DNA from: Desulfobacterales bacterium
GTDB taxonomy: Bacteria > Desulfobacterota > Desulfobacteria > Desulfobacterales > UBA2245
Length of the DNA: 64,000 nucleotides
Assembly (NCBI GenBank): GCA_040771865.1
Contig: JAXGZF010000006.1
Location: 186,001-250,000 of the forward strand
Direction: 5' to 3'
In this document: positions 50,897 through 60,139 of the stretch, in pieces
Layout of the letters: each line of letters starts with the position of its first letter
How positions within the stretch are numbered: position 1 is the first letter of the stretch
Program-made: the position numbers and the translations under genes
The notes under the pieces: generated by a model
What the model saw: the letters and a program-made list of their open reading frames with translations, nothing else
Told to the model about the DNA's origin: nothing
Databases searched by the model: none

Positions 50897-52249
50897 ATGA
50901 ACCTGTCAACCCTGAACGCCGTTTCGCCGATCGACGGGCGTTACCGTCATCTGATTGAGCCTCTGGCCGATTTTTATTCAGAAGGAGCCCTGATCCGATA
51001 CCGGGTACGGGTGGAGGTGGAGTACTTCATCGCGCTGTGCAAGCTTCCCCTGCCCCAGCTGGCCCCGGTCGATTCCGGGCATTTTGACGCGCTTCGAAAG
51101 CTCTGCCTCGATTTCAGTACCGGGGATGCGGAAGAGATAAAATCCATTGAAAAAATAACCAACCATGATGTCAAGGCGGTCGAATACTTCCTGAAAAACC
51201 GTTTTGACGGCCTGGGCCTGAGTGCATTCAAGGAATTCATCCATTTCGGCCTCACCTCCCAGGACATCAACAATACCGCCGTACCCCTGAGCCTGAAGGA
51301 GGGATGGATTCAGATCATCCGCCCTGCGATTCAGGAGATTATTGAAATTCTGTCCCAAAAAGCCCGGGCCTGGAAGGATATTCCCATGCTGGCAAGAACC
51401 CACGGTCAACCGGCATCGCCTACCCGGCTGGGAAAGGAAATCTATGTTTTCGTGGACCGCCTCGTCCAGCAGATGAATCTGATTGAAACCATACCCTTTG
51501 CCGCCAAATTCGGCGGCGCCACAGGCAATTTCAACGCCCATCACATTGCGTACCCTCAGGTGGACTGGAACCGGTTTGCCGACTGTTTCGTGGCGGAGGA
51601 ATTGGGCCTTCACCGGTCCAGAACGACCACCCAGATCGAGCATTACGACCATCTGGCGGCTTTTTTCGACAACCTCAAGCGGATCGACACGATTCTGATC
51701 GATCTGGACCGGGATATCTGGACCTATATTTCGATGAATTATTTCCGCCAGGCCATTCAGGCGCGTGAGGTCGGTTCCTCGGCCATGCCCCACAAGGTCA
51801 ATCCCATTGATTTTGAAAATTCCGAGGGCAATCTCGGCATCGCCAGCGCCGTGTTCAGCCACCTGTCGGAAAAACTTCCCATCTCCAGACTTCAGCGGGA
51901 CCTGACCGATTCCACGGTACTCCGCAACATCGGCGTGCCCCTGAGCCATATGCTGATCGGCTTGAAATCGCTGAAAAAGGGCCTTGGAAAACTGATTCTC
52001 AACGAAACCGTCATTGCGAGGGATCTTGAGGAAAACTGGGCGGTTGTGGCCGAGGCGGTTCAAACCGTTCTGAGGCGGGAGGGGTATCCCGAACCTTATG
52101 AGGCCTTAAAAGCCCTGACCCGGACCCACGCACGAATCGATCAGAAGGCCTTGTGTGAATTTATCGACGGGCTTTCGATTTCCGATGCCGTCAAGCAGGA
52201 ACTGAAAAAAATCACGCCGGGCAACTATACGGGAATCGGCACTTTTTAG
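50897..52249 (+). CDS. purB: Adenylosuccinate lyase
   Basis: SPIDGRY, TNHDVKAVEY, HFGLTSQDINN, RTHGQ, SSAMPHKVNPIDFE. Confidence 0.97.
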   Translation: MNLSTLNAVSPIDGRYRHLIEPLADFYSEGALIRYRVRVEVEYFIALCKLPLPQLAPVDSGHFDALRKLCLDFSTGDAEEIKSIEKITNHDVKAVEYFLKNRFDGLGLSAFKEFIHFGLTSQDINNTAVPLSLKEGWIQIIRPAIQEIIEILSQKARAWKDIPMLARTHGQPASPTRLGKEIYVFVDRLVQQMNLIETIPFAAKFGGATGNFNAHHIAYPQVDWNRFADCFVAEELGLHRSRTTTQIEHYDHLAAFFDNLKRIDTILIDLDRDIWTYISMNYFRQAIQAREVGSSAMPHKVNPIDFENSEGNLGIASAVFSHLSEKLPISRLQRDLTDSTVLRNIGVPLSHMLIGLKSLKKGLGKLILNETVIARDLEENWAVVAEAVQTVLRREGYPEPYEALKALTRTHARIDQKALCEFIDGLSISDAVKQELKKITPGNYTGIGTF

Positions 52250-52539
52250 TCGGCTGATAGCGGATCGAAAAGCTTCTGACCCGGCTGGCGGTCTAGGAAT
52301 CCAGGGTTGCCTTCCGTTCGCCGATGACAAACTGACCGGAAAGCAGCTTTTTACCGAATGCCGAACTAAACGGGCAATCGGAGCTGCCGAATTGCCTCAT
52401 GTGGCGGAAGGTGATCCGGCGCTTCTGAATGTTTGAGAAGGCCTGACTCAAAAAGCCTTTTCTAAAAGCCCAATCCATGGTACTTGGCATAAAGATCGAA
52501 TGATATTTTACTAGAATCTTGCATTCATCCAAAAACGCC

Positions 52540-53313
52540 ATGGAATCCATTTACGCCCTGATCCGCAAACGCGCCCGACAGATCGTCGCCCAGTATCCCC
52601 GCCCGGTATTTTATGCTGAACACCGGGAGGCTCAGATCATGTCCCGAACGATCTTCGATGAAGACGTTTTTATCGCGAAAATCAAGACCTTTGTCGCCCG
52701 GACTGTAGAGCATGATTTCGGCCACGGGCTGGAGCATTCATTCAAGGTGGCCGTGGACGCGGGCGCCCTGGTGTTTGTCGAAGCCGTACATCTGGAAGCT
52801 TCGCCGGAACAGATCAGGCGTCTTGCGCTTCTGGCTCAGATTTCCGGCCTGTTGCACGATCTGAAGCGTAAACTCGTCCACCATGCCTTGAAAGGCGCGG
52901 CTTTCTCCCGTCATGTTCTCAACGGTGCGCCATTGAATTCCGAAGAAAAAGCAACGATCTTCGAAGCCATCAAAAACCACGAGGCATTTCAATACAATCC
53001 GGTCAGTCAGTCCGCCGGTCAAACACTGGTGTCGGACTGTCTCTACGATGCGGACAAGTTCCGCTGGGGTCCGGACAATTTCGCCGACACGGTCTGGGAC
53101 ATGGTCGCTTTTTCCCGAACGCCGATCAGCCGGTTCATCGAGCGGTATCCCGGTGGAATGGAAATGCTGGCAAGGATCAAGGATACCTTCCGGACCGAAA
53201 CGGGCCGCCGGTACGGGCCGGAATTCATCGACCTGGGGCTGATGATCGGAGAAGAGCTTTATGAAGTGATCATGAACGAGTTTGCCCCCCGTTTGTGCCG
53301 TCTCGGAATCTGA
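52540..53313 (+). CDS. HD-domain protein
   Basis: GHGLEHS...LLHD...NHE...DADK metal-binding pattern. Confidence 0.8.
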   Translation: MESIYALIRKRARQIVAQYPRPVFYAEHREAQIMSRTIFDEDVFIAKIKTFVARTVEHDFGHGLEHSFKVAVDAGALVFVEAVHLEASPEQIRRLALLAQISGLLHDLKRKLVHHALKGAAFSRHVLNGAPLNSEEKATIFEAIKNHEAFQYNPVSQSAGQTLVSDCLYDADKFRWGPDNFADTVWDMVAFSRTPISRFIERYPGGMEMLARIKDTFRTETGRRYGPEFIDLGLMIGEELYEVIMNEFAPRLCRLGI

Positions 53314-53327
53314 AAAAGGAGACCCTC

Positions 53328-54164
53328 ATGGCTTTAAATCCGGATGCTCCGGGAAAATCCATCGGACCTCTGATCCGTTCCTACAGCTGGAAGGATGTCG
53401 TGCTTTACGGCCTCGGCGTAGGCTGCGGAGACCGCAACCTGGAGTACTGCTATGAAAAAGGTCTCAAGGTGCTGCCCAGCTTTTCCATTGCGGCCATTTT
53501 CGACCTTTTCACGGAAACGCAGAAAGCCTCGAATTTTAATCCAAACGGCGTGCTGCACGGAGAGCAGGAACTGATTCTGCACAACCCCATTCCCGTGGAA
53601 GGCGACCTGAGAACCGAGGCAAGAATCGTCCGCTACTATGACAAGGGCAGGGATAAGGGCGCGCTGGTGGTGGTGGAAAGCGATACATACGGTAGCGAAA
53701 AACTGCTTTTTACCAGCCGGATCACCTTTTTTGCACGACTGGACGGGGGCTTCGGCGGGCAGAACGCACCGAAAAAGTCCCTGGTTTTTCCCGAAAAATC
53801 TCCGGACGCCGTGTACGACGACTGCCCCGGGCCGGATCAGCCCCTGATCTATCGGCTTTCCGGAGACCTGTTTCCCCTTCATGTGGAACCGGAATTTGCC
53901 CGAAAAGCCGGATTCGAAAAGCCCATCATGCACGGACTTTGCACCTTCGGGTTTGCCTGCCGGCACCTGATCGACATGACCGTTCCCGGGGCCCCGGAAA
54001 AGGTGAAACGTCTCGGCTGCCGGTTTTCAAAGCCCCTTTATCCCGGAATACCCATTCAGACCCGGCTGTGGCGCCTTGAAAAGGGAAAGGCTCTGTGGCG
54101 CACGGTGAACATGAAAACCGGGGAAACCGTGATCGACAACGGCATTTTTGAATTTGAAGCCTGA
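53328..54164 (+). CDS. MaoC-family (hydratase 2-like) double hot-dog dehydratase
   Basis: LYGLGVG, VLHGEQ, YRLSGDLFPLH...PIMHGLCT hydratase-2 motif. Confidence 0.88.
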   Translation: MALNPDAPGKSIGPLIRSYSWKDVVLYGLGVGCGDRNLEYCYEKGLKVLPSFSIAAIFDLFTETQKASNFNPNGVLHGEQELILHNPIPVEGDLRTEARIVRYYDKGRDKGALVVVESDTYGSEKLLFTSRITFFARLDGGFGGQNAPKKSLVFPEKSPDAVYDDCPGPDQPLIYRLSGDLFPLHVEPEFARKAGFEKPIMHGLCTFGFACRHLIDMTVPGAPEKVKRLGCRFSKPLYPGIPIQTRLWRLEKGKALWRTVNMKTGETVIDNGIFEFEA

Positions 54165-54231
54165 AATACCGATCATGCGTGAGACCGGCCCTGCAAGATG
54201 CGGTAAAAAGCGGTCCTGCTTGGTCCAACTT

Positions 54232-54720
54232 TTATTTCATGTCCAAAACGCCCTGCCTGAACCAGGGTGGAACCCTTCTGCGAGTCCACACGGCAAATCC
54301 GGATTTCTCACCGATGTAAAACTGCCGGTATGCCAGCACGGCATCGCCGGGTACGCGGTACTGTTGCGGCATGGCCTGGGCAAATTCCGTCAGGCCCGAA
54401 TCGGGCAGGAGGGGAGCAGGCAGGGCCTTGATCACCCGGGCCGATTGATGATCGTCTGTTTTTCCGAACCGGTATCTGAACTCGTCGTTCAGGGACAGGG
54501 CGAGAGAACGAAGCCACTTCCAGTTTCGAAGCGATGCGCCCGCCCAGAGGGTGCAGGGATGATGAAGATGCGTGGACCGGTAAGGGGTCTTCGCCCCGGA
54601 CTGATTCAACACCGTGCAGAGCATCTGGGCGCTTTCCAGTATCATTTTCACCACATGCTGATCGGCGTGGTATCGCGCACATTTTTTGATGTTCAGGTCC
54701 AGCACGAAAATATTCAACAA
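54232..54720 (-). CDS. Pyrimidine-dimer DNA glycosylase/endonuclease V-like family protein
   Basis: NIFVLD...HADQHVVKMILESAQMLCT, THLHHPCTLWA, FAQAMP, AYRQFY pattern. Confidence 0.7.
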   Translation of the reverse strand: MLNIFVLDLNIKKCARYHADQHVVKMILESAQMLCTVLNQSGAKTPYRSTHLHHPCTLWAGASLRNWKWLRSLALSLNDEFRYRFGKTDDHQSARVIKALPAPLLPDSGLTEFAQAMPQQYRVPGDAVLAYRQFYIGEKSGFAVWTRRRVPPWFRQGVLDMK

Positions 54721-54805
54721 GGCCCCCCTGATTCCGACGCGTCCTCAAGTGAGGCGCCGATGAATTCATTCTGAAGCGCGGCGACAAAAAATTGCGGTCT
54801 TGCGT

Positions 54806-55123
54806 TCAACCCGATTCAGGCAGGCGGAGGTTGAATTCATTGGCATTTTCGATCAAATCGATGCCCGAAGCGGTCAGACCGGCCGAACAGGCCACATAAG
54901 GCGGGCATGGAATGGATTTTGCGAGCTCCACCCATCCGTGCTTTTCCAGATAGACGATGTTCCAGTTGAGTTCTTCCGCTGAGGTCTGACAGAACTCGGC
55001 AATTTCTCCAAGTTCGATCGAAGAATAGGGATATTTCTTGAAAAGACTGTAAAGATATTTCAGAATATTTCGGCGAAGAATAATGAAGGAACGGTTTGCA
55101 TCCGAAAGGTTTTGAGCGGCCAT
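54806..55123 (-). CDS. Hypothetical protein, winged-helix-like
   Basis: 105 aa; RRNILKYLY...NIVYLEKHGWV...LTASGIDLIE resembles a wHTH. Confidence 0.6.
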   Translation of the reverse strand: MAAQNLSDANRSFIILRRNILKYLYSLFKKYPYSSIELGEIAEFCQTSAEELNWNIVYLEKHGWVELAKSIPCPPYVACSAGLTASGIDLIENANEFNLRLPESG

Positions 55124-55405
55124 TGCGGCATTCCTTTTTGATGGATTGAATTCTGATTTTATGAATTTTTTTAATTGTATATATGATTTTCAAAGATGTC
55201 AAAATGGGGATCAGCAGTTTAAAGCCTGTGGACCGGTTCTGATTTCGAAGGGCGTTGAAAAACAGGATTCAGGTCGTCGAACAAGGCTTGCGGTGATGCG
55301 ACAGGTGCGGCATATTCCAGCATATGTGAGCATTGATGGAAGCCCTGCAACCCTGCATGGCAACCTGATACATGGATGAACTATTTCAAAGTCTTGGAGC
55401 GGGAC

Positions 55406-56761
55406 ATGGGAATTGATGCGTTCAGAGTGCTGTCTCCGACGGCGATTCTGGGCTACGGTTTTCCGGAATCTTCTTTTGACCGTGGTATGGAACAAAGGCC
55501 GGATCTGATTGCCGTGGATGCGGGCAGCACCGATCCCGGCCCATATTATCTGGGTTCAGGAAAATCCTTTACCTCCCGTCCGGCGGTCAGGCGGGATCTT
55601 CAAATCATGCTGAAAGGCGCGCTGAATGCGGGCGTTCCTCTGATTATCGGAAGCGCGGGCGGTGCCGGTGCAAGAGCGCATGTCGACTGGACAACGGAGA
55701 TTATTCGGGAGATCGCAGCGGAAGAAGGTTTTCGATTTTCCATGGCGGTGATTTATGCGGACATTCCCAAATCCAGCATCCGCAAGGCCGCATTCGAAGG
55801 CGGAATTCTCCCACTGGACGCCGGCCCCGAATTCCGGCTCGATTCCATTGACGAGGCGGTTCGCGTGGTGGCGCAAATGGGGCTCGAACCGGTTTTGAAG
55901 GCTCTGAACTCCGGATTTCAGGTGATCGTCTGCGGCAGGTGCTATGATCCGGTTCCTTTTGCCGCGCCGGCCATTCAGCACGGATATGAACCAGGCCTCG
56001 CCCTTCACATGGGAAAAATTCTCGAGTGCGCGGCTATTGCCGCAACGCCGGGAAGCGGCAGGGATTGCGTGATGGGAACCCTGCGCGCGGAAAGCTTTGA
56101 GCTCGAGTCCTTAAGCGATGCCAGACGGTTTACCCGCATGTCGACTGCGGCCCACAGCCTGTATGAAAAATCCGATCCATGGATGCTTCCCGGGCCCGGC
56201 GGATTTCTGGATCTTTCAAATACGGTTTTCGAGGAGATCGACGGCCGGCGGGTGCGTGTTTCCGGAACCCGGTTTGTCGAAACCCGGCCGTATACCCTGA
56301 AGCTCGAGGGGGTGCGGCGGGTGGGGTTCCGCAGCATCTGCATCGCCGGAATTCGTGATCCCATACTTATTTCACAAATCGATTCGGTGCTCGATTCGGT
56401 CCGACAGGAGGCGGTTTGCGGCAAGGATGGAAGGTTCCAGGTGCTCTTCCATCTTTACGGCCGAAACGGCGTGATGGGTCCCTGGGAGCCCGAGCGCGAA
56501 AGCCCCTGCCATGAACTGGGGGTCATCATCGAGGCGGTCGGACCCGATCAGCAGGGTGCGGACTGGCTGTGCGCAGAAGTGCGAAGCACCCTGCTGCACT
56601 GCGGCTACAGCGGCCGGAAATCCACCGCCGGCAATCTGGCGCTGCTTTACAGTCCGTCGGACATGGCCTGCGGGGAGGTGTTCTCATTCAATATCTATCA
56701 CCTGATGCAGGTTGAAGACCCGCTGGCTTTTTTTCCGATTCATGCGCAGGAGGTTCCATGA
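55406..56761 (+). CDS. AtuA/DUF1446-like protein
   Basis: LSPTAILGYGF, DAGSTDPGPYYLGSG, HMGKILECA, AHSLYEK, GNLA; start 55406 or 55376. Confidence 0.75.
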   Translation: MGIDAFRVLSPTAILGYGFPESSFDRGMEQRPDLIAVDAGSTDPGPYYLGSGKSFTSRPAVRRDLQIMLKGALNAGVPLIIGSAGGAGARAHVDWTTEIIREIAAEEGFRFSMAVIYADIPKSSIRKAAFEGGILPLDAGPEFRLDSIDEAVRVVAQMGLEPVLKALNSGFQVIVCGRCYDPVPFAAPAIQHGYEPGLALHMGKILECAAIAATPGSGRDCVMGTLRAESFELESLSDARRFTRMSTAAHSLYEKSDPWMLPGPGGFLDLSNTVFEEIDGRRVRVSGTRFVETRPYTLKLEGVRRVGFRSICIAGIRDPILISQIDSVLDSVRQEAVCGKDGRFQVLFHLYGRNGVMGPWEPERESPCHELGVIIEAVGPDQQGADWLCAEVRSTLLHCGYSGRKSTAGNLALLYSPSDMACGEVFSFNIYHLMQVEDPLAFFPIHAQEVP

Positions 56762-57081
56762 GGCTGATCCCCCTGAGCGAGCTGGCCTCGGTGATCCGCA
56801 GCAAGAACGCCGGGCCTCATGTCCTGACCCTGGATGTTCTGTTCGGCTGTCAGCCGGATTACCTGAGATTGAAGCAGATGAGGTTTTTTTCTTCCGGTCG
56901 CGTGGCTGCGGCGTATGGAATTTCAGCGGATCAGGTGTTGAAGGTGGTGTATTTTGATCCGGCATGGGCGGTCAAGATAAACCTGGTCCGGCCCCTGACC
57001 TCGGGCGATGTGGGCGACAGCGACGTGTACGGCGCTCAGCAGCATGCCCCGCTGTTGACGTTGATGGTTCCGAACGAATAG
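56758..57081 (+). CDS. DUF4387-family protein
   Basis: VIRSKNAGP..LTLD, DVYGAQQHAPLL; ATGA-coupled to upstream gene. Confidence 0.8.
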   Translation: MRLIPLSELASVIRSKNAGPHVLTLDVLFGCQPDYLRLKQMRFFSSGRVAAAYGISADQVLKVVYFDPAWAVKINLVRPLTSGDVGDSDVYGAQQHAPLLTLMVPNE

Positions 57082-57094
57082 ACTTTTTCCGGCA

Positions 57095-57313
57095 TCAGGA
57101 TTCGCTGAAAAAGGTCAGCTTCCAGTCCCGTTTTGTCGTGTCATGCCTCAGGATGTAGATTCCATCTTCGGCCAGGATTTTGAAATATTCATGATCCTCC
57201 CCCGTCCACCGGTCCAGTATGGTCTTGACCTCGATGCTTCTCGACCCCAGCCGGAACCTGCGGGGGGTTTCTTTTCCCGTGGAGTTGAAATGGCATTCCA
57301 CCTGAATCTTCAT
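57095..57313 (-). CDS. Small conserved hypothetical protein
   Basis: 72 aa with PRRFRLG..IEV..ILDRW...YFK...YILRHD...W pattern. Confidence 0.6.
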   Translation of the reverse strand: MKIQVECHFNSTGKETPRRFRLGSRSIEVKTILDRWTGEDHEYFKILAEDGIYILRHDTTKRDWKLTFFSES

Positions 57314-57522
57314 GATGCAATCTGGTCGGGTTCTGAACAATCAACGCAAGAAGGAGAAGGGGGGAAACGAGTCCGCTTGCGCCGCAAATACCTGTCGGTC
57401 CTTTCTATATGGGGGCATGGGAACGTGTCAAGCATCTTGTTGTCGAAGCGTTCTGGAGCATTGCCAAAAAACCGCTATAATGATATAAATTCAGTTTCCG
57501 AATCTGAATAAAGAGATAAAAA

Positions 57523-58047
57523 ATGGCTTCTTCCTCCAAAAAAAGCGTGGCGATCGAAGAGGTGGTCAGAAGTCTGGTTTCCTTTTCCTTCAGTCGCGAT
57601 GAGCTGAACCCAATCCTGGACAGCCTTCCCTCCGGCTCAGGCATTAATCCCGTCAAACTGGAATACGAGTTTAATTTCCTGAAGATTATCAGTACAGGAT
57701 GGGGGATATCTTTTTATATGACCGATGGGGCCTGCAAAAAATCGGTCAGCGAAATGTACTGGAACCGGATTTACGAGATTTCCAGAAACATTTCTTCCTC
57801 AGCATCGACCTCGCTGGGCAGAGAGTATGAGTATTTCGAGATTCTGCAGAATCGGATCGATGTGTATGCCACCGCACTCAGCGCCTTGAACTCAGATGCC
57901 GCTGATCCGGGTACAGTGGTCGGGCAGAACTTCGCCCGGCTCTGCGGAGATGAAAAAGACACCCATGCGGTCATGTGCGGTCAGAGGACGTTTTCCGACT
58001 CAATCTTATGTGTGAAAAGCTATCTGGATTCGATTGAGATCGTTTAG
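57523..58047 (+). CDS. Hypothetical protein
   Basis: 174-aa ORF after an AT-rich upstream region; no recognised motif. Confidence 0.6.
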   Translation: MASSSKKSVAIEEVVRSLVSFSFSRDELNPILDSLPSGSGINPVKLEYEFNFLKIISTGWGISFYMTDGACKKSVSEMYWNRIYEISRNISSSASTSLGREYEYFEILQNRIDVYATALSALNSDAADPGTVVGQNFARLCGDEKDTHAVMCGQRTFSDSILCVKSYLDSIEIV

Positions 58048-58175
58048 ATTTGGATTCGATGAAACGGAAATTTTTCATTTCAAGTTGGAACGGCTGGTTT
58101 TGTCGGGGTTTTCCGCTAAGTACTCCGAAGATAATCTGGGCGTGCGATCAATATTTTTTCAAAGGAGAAGGTGCG

Positions 58176-58376
58176 TTGGCAGACGGAATCGTCAAATGGT
58201 TTAACGAGAAAAAGGGGTTTGGTTCTATTTCCCAGGAACAGGGCGAGGACATCTTCGTTCATTATTCGGCGGTAGCGATGTCCGGATTCAAGACGCTTGC
58301 CGAGGGCGATCGGGTGAGTTTCGAGGTCGAGCAGGGCAAACGGGGCCCTTCGGCAAAAAACGTTCAAAAAATTTAA
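58176..58376 (+). CDS. Cold-shock protein (CspA family)
   Basis: TTG start after [33 protein letters not shown]. Confidence 0.93.
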   Translation: MADGIVKWFNEKKGFGSISQEQGEDIFVHYSAVAMSGFKTLAEGDRVSFEVEQGKRGPSAKNVQKI

Positions 58377-58395
58377 TCTGAATTTTCGAAGTCGC

Positions 58396-58431
58396 AGGGC
58401 ATTCCGCAGAAGGAGGCGGAATGCCCTTTTT
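58396..58431 (+). terminator. Terminator after csp
   Basis: agggcattccgc/gcggaatgccct plus T run. Confidence 0.88.
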
Positions 58432-58468
58432 ATTTGCACCTCCCGTGCGCAGGGTGCGTTATTGCCGG

Positions 58469-58496
58469 TTGACAAAAGACGGGGCTTGTTTATTAT
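58469..58496 (+). promoter_or_regulatory. Putative sigma70 promoter of corrinoid operon
   Basis: TTGACA-16 bp-TATTAT. Confidence 0.5.
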
Positions 58497-58571
58497 AGGG
58501 CGGCGGTTCAGGAAGCCGCAGCGACTTGAACATTCGATTTATTTTCGAATGCATTCGAACGGAGATGGTAA

Positions 58572-59216
58572 ATGACGGATTTTGAAGCGATCATGGAGGT
58601 TTTGATCGAAGGGGACGAAGCCGCCCTGGTGGAGCGGGTCAACGAGGCGCTGAATCAGGGCGCGGACTCCAGGGAGATTCTGGATCAGGCGCTGATCGCC
58701 GGAATGGATATCGTCGGCGAGCGGATGGAAACCGGGGAGATATTCATTCCCGAGGTGCTGATGGCTGCCAGGGCGATGAATGCGGCTCTGGAGATCATCA
58801 AACCCCTGCTGACCGATGCCGGCGCCTGCGCGGCCGGAAAGGCGGTGATCGGAACGGTCAAGGGCGACCTGCACGATATCGGAAAGAACCTGGTGACCAT
58901 GATGCTGGAAAGCGCCGGCCTCGAGGTCTACAATCTCGGAGCGGACGTTGCTCCGGAACAATTTGTCGAGGCATTGAAGTCCACCGGCGCCGGCCTCCTG
59001 TGCCTGTCGGCCCTGCTGACCACCACCATGCCCATGATTCGGAAGACAATCGAGGCCGTGATTCAGAGCGGCATTCGGGACCGGGTAAAGATCATGGTGG
59101 GCGGGGCTCCTGTGACCGAGGCGTTTGCCAGGGAAATCGGGGCGGACGGATATGCGGCGGATGCCGGTTCGGCGGTCAAAATGGCCAAGGCCTTGCTGGC
59201 CGGATCCCTTGTCTGA
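58572..59216 (+). CDS. Corrinoid (B12-binding) methyltransferase protein (MtbC/MttC-like)
   Basis: Cap domain FIPEVL, B12 motif DLHDIGKNLV, SALLTTT, VGGAPV. Confidence 0.93.
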   Translation: MTDFEAIMEVLIEGDEAALVERVNEALNQGADSREILDQALIAGMDIVGERMETGEIFIPEVLMAARAMNAALEIIKPLLTDAGACAAGKAVIGTVKGDLHDIGKNLVTMMLESAGLEVYNLGADVAPEQFVEALKSTGAGLLCLSALLTTTMPMIRKTIEAVIQSGIRDRVKIMVGGAPVTEAFAREIGADGYAADAGSAVKMAKALLAGSLV

Positions 59217-59250
59217 ATAAGCGGACCTATTGAGAGGAAAGGCGTCGAGA

Positions 59251-60051
59251 ATGTTTTGCATGGTAGGGGAGCGGATCAACACCACGCGCAAACGGGTTCA
59301 GCAGGCGGTGGCCGACCGGGATGCGGCCTATATTCAGCAGGACGTTCAAGAGCAGCAGCGGTGCGGCGCCCAGTATATCGACATCAACGCGGGCGCCCGG
59401 ATCGGCCATGAGGCGGAGGACATGCAGTGGCTTCTGGAGGTCGTTCAGCCGGTGGTTTCCGTGCCCCTCTGCCTGGACAGCCCGGATCCGAAGGTTCTGG
59501 CCATGGCCTACGAACGGGTTCAGAAACCGCCGATGATCAATTCGATCAGCCTTGAAAAGGCTCGGTTCGACGCCATGGCCCCGTTTCTGGAGGGTAAAAA
59601 GTGCAAAATCGTCGCCCTGTGCCTGGATGATTCCGGCCTGCCCAAAACCGCCCTGCGGATCGTTCAGAGGGCCGAAACAATCGTGATGCGTCTGGCAAGC
59701 CTGGGCTTTCCCAAGGATGCCGTCTATGTGGATCCGCTGGTGCAGCCGGTGAGCACCGATACGAAAAACGGCGCCATGGTGCTTGAAGCGGTGAGCGAGA
59801 TCAGAAAGGCGCTTGCCGGCGTTCACATCATCTGCGGGCTTTCCAATATTTCCTACGGGCTTCCGAAACGAAAGATCATCAACCGGACCTTTTTGTCGCT
59901 GATGTTGGCGGCCGGTCTGGATGCGGCCATACTGGATCCGCTGGACGCCGAGTTGACGGCCGTTCTGAAAACCACTCAAATGCTGCTGGGGCAGGACCTC
60001 TATTGCGCCAAATACCTGAAGGCTTTCCGGGCCGGGGAATTGCCCGGATAG
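59251..60051 (+). CDS. Methyltetrahydrofolate:corrinoid methyltransferase (AcsE/MtvA-like pterin-binding)
   Basis: GERIN, IDIN, LCLDSP, MINS, DPLV, GLSNISYGLP. Confidence 0.9.
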   Translation: MFCMVGERINTTRKRVQQAVADRDAAYIQQDVQEQQRCGAQYIDINAGARIGHEAEDMQWLLEVVQPVVSVPLCLDSPDPKVLAMAYERVQKPPMINSISLEKARFDAMAPFLEGKKCKIVALCLDDSGLPKTALRIVQRAETIVMRLASLGFPKDAVYVDPLVQPVSTDTKNGAMVLEAVSEIRKALAGVHIICGLSNISYGLPKRKIINRTFLSLMLAAGLDAAILDPLDAELTAVLKTTQMLLGQDLYCAKYLKAFRAGELPG

Positions 60052-60139
60052 GGTTAAAGACGCTGGTCACGCTTTTTCCAAGCCCCGAGCGGTCCGATTC
60101 CCGGCAGATCCGCAACCCGTACGTTTCGTGAAAAGATGA

